Shown piece by piece: positions 38,670 to 49,742 of a stretch of 64,000 nucleotides of DNA. Source of the stretch: Bilabrum cf. latius (taxonomy: Eukaryota). Every line of letters starts with the position of its first letter. Positions within the stretch are counted from its first letter, which is position 1. The stretch spans positions 682,001 to 746,000 of the forward strand of contig OZ237763.1 in NCBI GenBank assembly GCA_965178125.1, read 5' to 3'. The notes beneath the pieces are model-generated. The model was not told the DNA's origin and ran no database searches. It saw only the letters and a list, made by a program, of their open reading frames with translations. The position numbers and the translations under genes are program-made.

Positions 38670-41600
38670 TCACGCTTCAGCTGCAATGGCCTAAACCACC
38701 TAAGCTCCACCCTGGGGACCCATTTCCCCCTGGGGAGCGTCAGCGTTCACGTTCCCTCCGGCGCCCGCTGCCGGCACCCCGTCCTGCTGCCCGTTCTGAG
38801 CCAACCCTGCCTTGACGTTGGCGATCGCCACGGCGAGGTTGTTGTTTTCGGCTGCCCCTACAGCCAGGCTGGCAAAGTCCTCCCGGACCGCCCTTGCGAG
38901 CGCCCGTTTGGCCTTCGCTGCAGCCCTCCTCGATCCCTTCGAGACAAAATCGAGGATCCTTGAGTGGTCCTGCATGACCCGTGAGTACATAGTGTGGTAC
39001 ACACGCTGTTCCCCGCGCACGTGCTGGTGCTAGGCGGCAACGGAGAGGCGAGCCTTTGCCACAGAAGACCACGAGAGGCGTGCGTTGGCCGGACGAGTCG
39101 AAACCAGCCGCCCTTTGTCCTCCTACCTCTTCTTCCGCAACTTGTCGAGCACCTGCAGGAACTCGACCGACTTCTCCCCGATTCCCCCCAACACGTCCAC
39201 CACAAAGGGTACGACCCGCACGCCACTGCGTACCGCCCCTTTCTGCGTCCTCACGGTCCCAGGACACCACTTGTCTTCTCCTCCGATCCGGACGCCGAGC
39301 GTTCCGAGGTCGACGGGCCTGCCGTAGCTGGCCAGCTTCGTGGCATGCGCGGCCCGCAAAGCAGACCCCTCTTGCCAGTCGCTGCCAATCCTCCACGACG
39401 AGCGGTCCCACCGGTAAGTTGCCGCAGTGGAATCAACCACCGTGACATCGATGAGATAAGCCGTCCCCTCGTGCTCAAAGAACAGATCGCCTCGTGGCAC
39501 GAGCGGACCGCGCCGACCCGGCAGCCGGGCCACTTGGCCCTCTGGCTCCCGGATAGGGCGTCTGCCCGTGGCCTCGCGGACCACCTGCTCGAGCACGTTG
39601 AGCACCCGGAAGTGCCTGCGGCCTGGAAGGCCTCCGCAGACACGCTTGTCCTTGCACGTGGCACCGTGGCGAACTGACTAGATCAGTTCGACTACCTTGC
39701 CCTGCTTCCGGCACCCCGGGCAGATCTGCGTGACGCGCCACGCCTCCCCACATGCACCGTGCGTTGCCCCAAGAGGTTGTGGGGGACAGCTGCACGGCTA
39801 TGGGATGGCGAGACGTTGGCAGAACATGCCCCGGGCATCTTCAGGCTGGACTCGGCTCAGGACAGAGAGCGGCGCATGCAGCCAAGACCCGGCTCCTTGG
39901 GACCTGGCGGCGCGGATTGTGGCTCGCGCCACTCCTGCGTACTCTCTGGTGACTGCATCGACTGGAGCGAGTCTGTCATGCGCAAGCGGAGATGAGGCAT
40001 CCCAGAGGAGCCTCTCCACCTGCACTCGCTCAGCCAGTGCCGTCACATGGCTCTGGTTGTGCCCTCCTGCGGCACCTTCGAGAAAACGAATAACCGCCTG
40101 CGATGCGGTGGGTGCCGGCTGCTCCCCAGCCAGCTGCCTCGTCACCCATGCCCGAAGGTCCTTCACCTCCAGGCGCCAGGGTTCAGTGGCCCCACCGCAC
40201 AGCTCCATACGGGCTGCCTTCTCGGCTGGGCTGCCCAGGAGTTCCGAAGTGTGGGCTGTGTCCCACACCATACCATAGCGTGGGGGGACGTCAGCCTCCG
40301 GAACAAGTGGAAGCAACGGACTCGGGAAACCAGCCATCCCGAAATTGTCTTGCTTCCCCTCTTGTACGAGTCTCCCGTACTTCGAGATTGCGGTCATCAC
40401 AGTGTCCACAAGGGAGTTCAGGCGCGCGGTGCGCCCTCGCAGTGGGTTCAGCAGAGGGGGTGCCTCCCCGGCACCTGCCGCCGCACCTTCCCCGACCTCC
40501 TCCGCCGGGTCCCACTGGTTGAGCGCCACCTGCAGGTGTGGCAGGTTGAAGTCGCGTGCTACCCTCGCCAACCAGGGCCACACATCCAACAACACCCCGA
40601 CGCACATTGCCTCCCGGGTTAAATCGGCAGGCACGAGCCCCACTCCGAGACCCCCACGGGCAACGGATAGCGGACCCAGCACGTCCAACACCTGTCTCTG
40701 GGCCTGCGAGAGAGCGCTTACACGCATCCCTGTCAGGAACTCCAGAAACGCTCCCTACACTTCCTTCAAATGGGGTGTCACCCCGTCCTTGAGCTCGGGC
40801 AAGAGGCACCCGCTCCTGTGCACGTGCGTCCACGCCGGCACTACGCACCGGGCAAACAGTGCGCGCGCACTGATTGGGTCCAGGTAGGCCAGGCGAAAAG
40901 CCTGAACCACCGTCTCTTCCAAGCGTCCCTTCAAGACTTGTTCGGCCACTCCGACTTCGGTCCCTACCGGGACGCCCAGGATCCTCAGCCCATGCTCGTG
41001 GACCACTCCTTCGAGCCTATCCTCCTGGTCTGGCGCCAATAGGTGGACCAGGCGCTAATAGGTGGCTCGGGAGGGGGAGAAGAACGACGTTTTCTTCTAG
41101 TTGAGGGAGAGGCCGACGTCCCCCAACTTCCCCTCCAACGTGGCGATGGCTGCCCTGACATTATCGAGCTCCCCCAACAGGAACACGTCGTCAAGGTACG
41201 CTACTAGGTACACATCCATGTGGGCAATCTTTGTCGCTTTCAGAGCGCCCTAAATGGCTGAGCAGAACAGCGCTGGAGACAAAGGCGACCCCTACAGCAC
41301 CCCCTCCAGGTTCTGCACAAGCTCTGTTCCATCCTCGCCAGACACAACACCATGTACTGCGTGCTGCAGACACTGGTGTACGTAAGTGCCCAGTCCGGTG
41401 GACAGCGACGCCAAAGCTTGCAAGGTCGCCTTCCGATGGATGGAGCCATATGCATCCGAGGCATCCAGCGCAGCGACCACCCACTCAGGGTTAGCCCCGA
41501 GAAGAACCTGGATCGTTGCAATGGCTCCGTCCATCCCGCACTTGAGCCCCGCCCCCATCTGGTGTGGGGCGCAAGCTCGCTACACCTTCGGCAGCAATTC

Positions 41601-43022
41601 GGGCCGAAGGGCTCGGCTCACAAATGTATGCCACTGAGGCTGGATTGCGATGACCCTGAACTCCGAGCCCCCCTCCCCTTTCGGGATTGGGACCCCGCGA
41701 AACAGGCCCAGGCACGCGAATAGGCACGGCGGCAGGGCTCCCTCAACCATGGACTAGCAGAAGGCATGGAAGTCGTCATAAAGCCGCTTCACATCTGCTC
41801 CCTCCCCGGTCAGCAAGGTTTTCAGCACCTCTCTCGTCACACCAAAAGCATCTGGCGCCTTGAGTCGCAGGGCCTTCTAGACCTCCTCCCCTAGTCTAGC
41901 CCCCGGCAGCTCCACCACATGCTCGCGCGCGTCTCCTCCAGTTCCCCCTCGTCGGCCTCTTCGCACCGGGCGTGTCCAGCGGAACCTGGGGATCGGCTGG
42001 GACCTCTTGGTGCGAAACTTCCCCTAAACCTTCGCCTGCATTTCGGCTGCCGTGCCCCTAGCGTGGGGCCTAGCAGCCAACCGCGACATGGCCTTACGGT
42101 AGTCCCCGATCGACAAAAACCGGAGGCAACTGCGTACTGCCTTGCGCGATGGGGGGGAAGGAAGTCCCTTGCCACTGACGCTGGAAAGGATACCCCCCAA
42201 CTTCTCCACAATCCTCCCGCGGGCTGCGAGAGACTCGGGATCATCAGATGGGGAGCTCCCACTCTTTCGGTCTACCACGGCTCCACCAGCTATGGCTTCC
42301 TACTCAGCGGCAGCTTCGCGCGGGACACGAGAATCCGACGGCCGGCGACACAGCAAAACAAACACTTTCAGCTTATGTAAAGCCTACAGCGTGAGCTTCT
42401 CCTCCAGTTCTTTGCCTTTACCAGAATCGTTGGTCCAGGCGGAGGATACATTCATAGTCTCCTTCAGGAAGAGAGAAAGGGCGGCTCGCGCCTCCTTTTT
42501 CTAATCTAAATTCAAACTACGAAGCGCTGTCTCGCGTTCGGGCCAGAACGCACACTCAAGGATCAGCTTGCGAACGTCGTCGGGCAGTGGCACTGCCTCC
42601 AACTCAGCCGCCTAATGCTCCGCAGGAACCCCCGCTCCGGCCCCGCCGGCAACTTGTGGGACTGCATGTGGAACATTTGCTTCACCCTGATCTGCATCTT
42701 CTTCAGCTGCGGCGACTGCGGCATTATCTGCCCCCGGCGCCGCCTCAGCAACCACGATTGCTGCACCTCCGACCGCCGCCTCACCCACAGGCTAGGGAGG
42801 CTAAGCGTGACCGAAGTGCTAGCGTCCAATGACTCCGTCGGAATCAGAATCATTGGAATCGGGGGGGTTGGGGACTCCTGGTCCGGTCTAAGCGGCGCTG
42901 GCAGCACCGTCAGAATCCAAGGCGAATCTTTGCGCGACTCCCACACCCATTCTGGGCATCTTACCCTTACCGGCAACACGCCCTGAACGTAGGACGATCT
43001 GACCCCCCCCGGGGTCATCCAT
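38670..43022 (-). mobile_element. Intact single-ORF non-LTR retrotransposon with RT, CCHC zinc knuckle and restriction-like endonuclease (CRE-clade-like), ~1,450 aa
   Basis: One frame from ATG 43022 to TGA 38670 with about 23 TAGs and no TAA/TGA. RT motifs: PIPK..FRVIAI, PHQMGAG, LDASDAYGSI, GVL*GSPLSPALF, YLDD (41187-41198), GLSLN*KKT, GLRILGVPVG, GGLG, GAGSWL. CPGC..HGATC knuckle. RLE motifs: RRH, REP, RGDL, IDVTVV, KLASY, PFVVDVLGG. Element ends not resolved. Confidence 0.9.
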
Positions 43023-43172
43023 TTCCCAAGGAGATTTTTACTTATATGCTACTATCTATATAAGGTGTACATGCCTGGTGATCTCATCTCCAGGTCCATG
43101 GAAGCCTAGCGAACGTTCCCTGACTGCAAAACCAAATCCAGTGACTTATTTTTTGTTGTTACACCAGTATTC

Positions 43173-44997
43173 ATGGAGTTGGTGAATCTTCTCAAGGCCA
43201 AAGGCTTTGATGAGGTTGTCAGCAATCACAGAGACAAACTAGATGAACTGCTGAGATACGCTCCAGTGAGCTGCCATTGCATTCATTCAGTACCTTTCTT
43301 TTGTGTCCCCAAATTCCTAGCATCCATTGGTCTCCAGTATTTCACCGCAGTCAACGATCCTGTTTTTGCGTGGCAAAGACCTGCCTCTTTCATACTGGGA
43401 AGTCTGCCGAGAGGCAGGAGTTGACTTCACGCACATGGTGAACCCGAATTGCAAGAGTATTCTAGCATTTGATGATGAAGCTCTGCACGCTGGTATCTGC
43501 TTTGAATCGAATTCTTTCTGCATGCAGGCTGTGAGACGGAGCATGGAATCCTGGCTGCGTGGTGCCGAAGATTCTGTCTTTGAATCGGTACTTGGCCTGC
43601 TGTACAGCTGGGGGATCCCACCGGTGAGAGTTTATAGCATATGTTTGTGCAATTGAATGTTAAGAATGCCACCACTCCCATCTTGTAACCCGTTGATGTG
43701 CGACACCGCAGGTGATGTACAGCATGGGCCGAGCGGTGGGCGTGGCGCTGCAAATCCGTCATGGGCTTAACCTTTGCAAGAGGGTGAGTTAGGGGAGTAT
43801 TGTTTCATGCTTGCGGTGTGTTTTGACATATTAAATAACTAAGCACATATTTCTGGGATGCAAGGCGAACGAACCATACTTCTTGAGCGCAGACTGACAG
43901 AGTGGTCCGAAACTGTCGTTCACCAGGCAAGAAAACAGATGCCCCCGAGGTTTGCAGATTGCTGCTCGATGCTGGGGTTCCACTGGACAACAGCGTAAGA
44001 GCATCGCATGGCATGCGCTGTGTTTGTCAGTTACAATGGATGACATGCTTTTGCTGCACGTGCGCTGCGCCTCTTTCCCTACCTGCTCTATCACAGCACA
44101 ATCCCTTCGATTGCCCTTTGCTGGAAATTCCATCGTGTAAACCGCCAATTGAAGGCGCAATATTGCGCACCTTGCTTTCCAGAGGGGCAGATCCAGACTG
44201 CTATGTGGCTGAGAAGACCAAAGCGTACGCTCCATCGGCATTTGACGGCAAGATACCGCTGTTGCTCAAGCACGGCATGTCGGCGGACCGGATAGATAAA
44301 GTGAGAATCAAGGTACACAAGTAGTATGTACCGCATGAATTGTTGAGCCATTAGTGGAATGCTGATATTATGCTTGCCATCACTTGATTCCAACGATCCT
44401 GTTCCCTCCCAGTCTGGCCTCTCGCTGGTGGTCCTGACCCAGATCTATAAAGACATCAGCGGACTCATGCACCTTCTGCAAGCCGGTGCTAGATTGGACT
44501 TTGTGTCGGATGATGGGACTTCTATTGAGCATTTGCTGCAGGAGCCGCCAGGCAATCTCAAGTTATTGAGCTACCGGTACAGGCCTTCCTTTGTGCTAGC
44601 ACTGCTGCCATCAGCACGCGGCAACCCCCAGCGGCTTCTCCGGCTCATCATCGACCACCTCAAGGCCACAGGGGATCGTAAGACACTACGGGAAGGACCT
44701 CCAGATCCGCGCGATAGGAGATGGGCGGTGGTGGGCTGGCGGTAGGGAATGGAGGCGCACAGGGATGCAGCGCTGGTGTTTAAAGCAGCGAGCGAGGGGA
44801 GGCCTCTGGAACTGGCCAAGCGTCTGCGATTAGGCAAGCTGGCTGGCGGGCATCATCGGAAGGGTTATTTGCTGGCGGGTGATTCGGGTGATAATGGTGA
44901 GTGTGTGACAGCTTTGGAAGCGGCTGTACGGGGTGGGCACGTTGAGTGCGAGGCATTGCTGAAGGATCAGGGCGCGGATTTGGGCACGTAGCGTTGA
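43173..44997 (+). CDS. Multi-exon ankyrin-repeat protein (exon structure only partly resolved)
   Basis: Ankyrin-like segments: VCRLLLDAGV, LRTLLSRGADPD, LLLKHGMSAD, LLQAGARLD, TALEAAVRGGHVECEALLKDQGADL. Several GTGAG donors. The last exon reads through TAG 44743 and 44989 to TGA 44995. Confidence 0.6.
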
Positions 44998-45451
44998 GGG
45001 CTGTGGCTGTGTGATGGGAGGCAGTACGTGCGTGCGATGAATATGAAGTATCGAAGAGGGAAGATGAAGTAGTCAAAGTGGATAGGGATGGTGGATTTGA
45101 AGAAGCGGATGGCACAGACAGGGCTGGGATGTGGGAAAGAAGGGCGGTGCTATCCAGGATCCGGAGGAGTTATGAGGCAGGGATCTGATCTGATGTGCGG
45201 ATCTAGCAGAACTAACGTACTGAACTTACGGATCCTGTGGATATGGTGGATACCAACTTATTTCTAGGTGGTTATTTGGTCCACTGGTCATGCACAAAAG
45301 CAGTCCTGATGCTCAGTGCTACCAGGTTGATTCCACGCAGGTATAGTTTCATTCAAGCAAAGCAGTCCGGACTCCAGACTCCGGAATTTGGATTCTTGGT
45401 TCGGGAATCTCGGATGGTGTAGCAGCACAGCTACGTCCACATTTATCAAGA

Positions 45452-47851
45452 TCAGAGCATGACAAACTTGTGAAACGTCGCTGAGGAGGGTGCGAGCACC
45501 AACTGCCATTTCTACTTCTCGTTCTGCACGAACAGGCCAGCCATTGGAAGACGAGTCACCACTTTGCCGATCACCTCAAATGCAGACATCGGATTATAGC
45601 ATTTGCCATGATCCTGGTCCAAGGTTGCAGCCTCGTCTTCGGCGCCAACATTGGGATCCTCGTCAGCCACCATTTTAAGAATTTCCCCGTCCTGCAGCTA
45701 TTTTAACGCAGACGCGTCATCTTCTAAAGCACGGATGGCTGCAATGACCGCCCGGAAGTTCTCGTCACTAACAGTCTATACCAGGTCGACGGTAAACGAT
45801 ACGTCTTCAAAGCTTGCGGCTTGCAGCCTCTTGCAGGCAGCCATCACGCCTGCCTCGCTGCGCGTCTTGTCGGTCGACTCCCCTGCGAAGAACTCGTCTA
45901 GTCCACGCAGCGAGTCGGGGGGCTTGAGACTAAAGATGTGCTTGAAGGCCTTCAGGCCGGCGAATCTAATCCACTTATGCATCTCCTTCTCGAGGCCGTA
46001 CATGCTGACGTGGATGCCAGGGACACCGAATTGAGTTTCATCAGGGTGAGCGAGCTGGCAGGACTGGAACGTCTCCGGATCCGTCCGTGCATCTGAGTCT
46101 TCTTCGCCAGTTCCTGCTCCACTAGCTGCTGCTGGACCTGCGGCTGACCCTGACCCTTCTCCTCGTGCTGGTGCTGCTGCTGGACCTGCGGCTGACCCTG
46201 ACCCTTCTCCTCGTGCTGGTGCTGCTGCTGGACCTGCGTCTGACCCTGACCCTTCTCCTCGTGCTGGTGCTGGTGCTGGTGCTGGTGCTGGTGCTGGTGC
46301 TGGTGCTGGTGCTGGTGCTGGTACTGGTACTGGTACTGGTGCTGGCGCTGATTCAGACCGTTTCTCCGGTTCTGCTGCGTCTCCGGTAGCCTCTTCATCT
46401 GCACCTTTTCCCTCGCTCTGTTTTGATTTTTTGGATTCCGCGGGTCCCGCGATATCACCGCCAGTCTTGTCCGCCCCAGCAGACCCCCCGGCGTCGCTAC
46501 CAGGTCCATCCGGTGCTACGGCGCGTTTCCCTTCCTTGTCCTGGTGGTGCCAGTCCTCATCAAGTCCTGAGTATTGCAATCCGAGTTTTTGGCACTTGCT
46601 CACGCCAGGAGGCGGTATGTCTGCCTACTTGCTCGCTCGTCCAGACCTACCCATCTTCTTAGGAGCTCTGCCACAGCCCTCTGCCGCTGGAGTCAATGAA
46701 TTGGCGAACTTGTTCCATCGCTGCCCAACCTTTCCACCGCAGTTTGGCACGATCGAGGCCCGCACAAGAACCTGCACAGTCTTGACGTGCTGTACGAAGA
46801 TCTGGGACTGGTCAGATTTCGGCAGTTTTCCAAGGGCTTCTGGAAATCCCCCATGCGTGCTGCAGTACTGCTCTAGGCTCAGGTTGGCGAGGGAGCAAAT
46901 CTCCGTGTGCCGCCGTGAGAAAATGGTTGCAACCAGCTGCCGAATCAGGTCCACGTCACCCTCCACGGCGCACTGTCTGCTTGTGAACTGAAGGTCCGGC
47001 ACCTGCGATCCATCGACTGCAATTTCTCGGCGGCTCGAATCGACTGACCTTCCTCCTACACTGTCAGCGTCGCTTGCACCTCCTGCCGCCGCCCCGTCGC
47101 TGCTCGAATCGACTCCTTGCCTCGTACTGGCAGTCTCAATGACTGGGAAAATATCCCTTTTCACGCCCTTCACAGACACTGGATTTGCATCGACGAGTAC
47201 AACCTCAGTTGCTGCGATACAGAAATCGAAACTTGGCTTCTGAGGTGCGATGCAAGGCATGGCAACAACGAGCGACCATCAGCCGGTTGCTCGTCGGACT
47301 CTTCAATTGACGATACTAGTGGAGCGACATGCGGTGCATATCAGGATGGCTAGAAATACTTCAATCTCACACGGTAATCTGGTCCTCCAGGCGAACTGTC
47401 GGAGCGGGGCCGGCACGTCGCACTTAAAGTCCCAGCGCTGGCGACTGTGACTGCTCCTCCAAGCGCCTCGAAACTCTAGAGTATCCCTAAAGTAGCCTGC
47501 CTTGATGAACTGCATGGGCCCTATCTCGACTACATACGTGTACAATCCTTCAAGCACCAGGTTGAACGCGTAAGCTGGTCTGGTATCTTTTGCGGGGCGA
47601 TGCAGGTAAGGGCACCCGCTGTGTCCCTCGCGGGCCCTTCCCCAGGCCGCAACTTGCTCGAATGCCATAGCATCTGAGCTAGATGAAGCATTGTGAGCAT
47701 TTGTTGCAGGGCATTGCTCTTGGTCGCCCGATATAACCCCCCTGAGGCGTGAACTTGCCGCCTTCCCACCAGCGGCGCGTGCCTGGCTGCCAAGCAAAAG
47801 ATCTCCCTCGTTCTCCCGTATGATGGGAACCCCTTGGCATATCGGGAGCAC
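45452..47851 (-). CDS. Hypothetical protein with Pro/Ala-rich linker; 5' end and one intron (~47241-47350) unresolved
   Basis: ORFs 47303-47851, 46625-47260 and 45776-46603 share a frame. TAGs at 46625, 45776 and further downstream are read through to TGA 45452. Two TGAs near 47279-47305 fall in a probable intron ending ...GCACCTCAG. Confidence 0.55.
46126..46346 (-). repeat. Coding repeats: ~3 x 48 bp (PARGEGSGSAAGPAAA) plus a (GCTGGT)n hexamer run (poly-PA/PV)
   Basis: Directly visible tandem units. Confidence 0.9.
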
Positions 47852-48497
47852 CTAAATAAAACAATATCCTAAAAGCATCAATTGCATGCGACAGACGGAG
47901 TTCATTGATACTTTCATACTTTCAATCCACTGATAGAAATGGCTGCACACAGTTGCATTTCACGATTTCCCAATTTGATGGTATCGAATCTTACGCTCGC
48001 CAGGCCTCCATATGATATTGGATGCATTGTTGCACATCATTTAGGAATATATAGCTTTCATTCAGGCATACAACGTGCTAATGAATGTATTATTCCTAAA
48101 ATCTGGAGTGGTGAGGTCCGTTGCGCAGTATCTCAGTGGAATTCTGTCGCAGTGCATACGAAACAGTGCGTTTGCATGAAGTATACCCGTAGTATACGAT
48201 TGTAGTCTATGATATGTGAGGGATAGGCTACGCAGAGTATGTAAGTGGCGTTAAAACAGGCCTGAACTAAGCAGCCGGTCTGTCGCATGTCACGCCAGGC
48301 GTGGAGATAGACTGATGTGAACGACTTGCACGCTGCAACAAATGAGACAGGTGGTTTGAAGAAGTGTTGAGAGACAACGACAGCCCACACAGGTAGTGCC
48401 AGTGAATATCTTGCAAGCCATAAAAGACTTGCGATGTGGAAAGGCCTCCAAGTGTACATCCCAGCTTGAAACGATGCTATCCCCCCAAGGCCTAATA

Positions 48498-49697
48498 TCA
48501 CCTGCCCTCCACACCACCCACCATCTCATACCCGGCAGGCACTGGCCCCAGACAGGCCGGCCTCTCCCACACCGACCTGTCCGTCCTCGCGTTGTAGTAG
48601 AACAGGTGCTCCTCCTCGTCTTCGTGCGCGCTCCACATGCTAGCGTCCTGCTCGGGGTCATACGGGGCCTCCTCACCACTGGATCTAGATCTAGCGGGGT
48701 GGTGTGACGAGTGATGTGCGCTGCCGTTCGATGCACCCTGGATCGCGTGCTCCAGCACGAGGCGGTCGGACCGGCCGGGGACACCACCGTGCGATGCACA
48801 TACCACAGATGAAGATGCGTCTATTGCGGAAGCCCCCGCCCGACCTGCCACATCCCCACCAGCCGTAGCACTCGTCACACCGTACCCCGCCCTCCTCTCG
48901 GCCGCCTCCTGCAGCCGCTTGGCCTCTCGCTCCTGCGCCTGCACCCGCTCCCTGGCGGCGTGCAGCTCCGTGGCGACCGGCATCGCGTGCCTCCTGAACG
49001 CCTCACTCGTCACACGGAGCACGGCCAGCTGCCATCCCTCGTACTGGCAGTCGAGGTCCACTGGTTCGTCCCACTGGGTCTTGCCCGTGTGACGATTGTG
49101 GTAGTACAGCAGGCCTGTGGAGCTCGACTGGTGGATAGACCACGCGGGAGGAGAAGAAGCAGCTGGACCTGGACCAGGAGCCGAGGAAGCCTGCATGCTT
49201 GATGCTGCTGCTGCTGCTATATCTAGTGAGACGCCGGCGGATGCACCTTGGGACGCCTGCTTTGAGTCATCCGTCCCTTCACTCGTCACACCGCGCTGCT
49301 GCTTGAGCCCCTGTCCGATACCACTCGTCACACCCAGCCCGCGGCCAGACTCGGAGCGCGAAAGAGACGAAGACGAGGACGAGGCTGATCGCCCGGCCTG
49401 GGCCAGTAACGGCTTAGTCCCAGGGGTCGATGCACTCGTCACACGGCTAAAGCGACTGCCGCCGCCGCTCGACCTGCCCGTGCCCGACCCGCTATTACTC
49501 GTCACACCGCCGCTCCCCCGCACGGCCTCGGCGAGGGGCGAGTAGACGCAGGGGCCCTGCGGCATGCGCCTGCCACTCGTCACACCGCCGCCCCCGATGC
49601 TCCGGCTGCTTCCGGTGCGCGGCAGCACCATATCCGGATGGGCCGCACTCGTCACACCAACGGGCGCGCTATGCTGCTGCTGCTGCTGCTGCTGCTA
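48498..49697 (-). CDS. Protein with two WW domains; 5' end not found
   Basis: PPAWSIHQSSSTGLLYYHNRHTGKTQWDEP and MWSAHEDEEEHLFYYNARTDRSVWERP; ends at TGA 48498. The frame extends upstream into a (CAG)7 run with no nearby ATG. Confidence 0.75.
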
Positions 49698-49742
49698 CAG
49701 TGACAGGGACAGGGAGCCATGCGGCTGCGATTGTAACGCGCA

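Noticed and set aside
47279-47305. In-frame TGAs as evidence that TGA is also reassigned
   Set aside because: They lie just upstream of a good 3' splice site (GCTGA...GCACCTCAG) and are probably intronic. The other in-frame TGA (54091) is in a decayed transposon fragment, and TGA terminates most genes.
47939-48490. Short ORFs in the AT-richer interval
   Set aside because: No motifs or codon bias; probably UTR, intergenic sequence or unresolved small exons.
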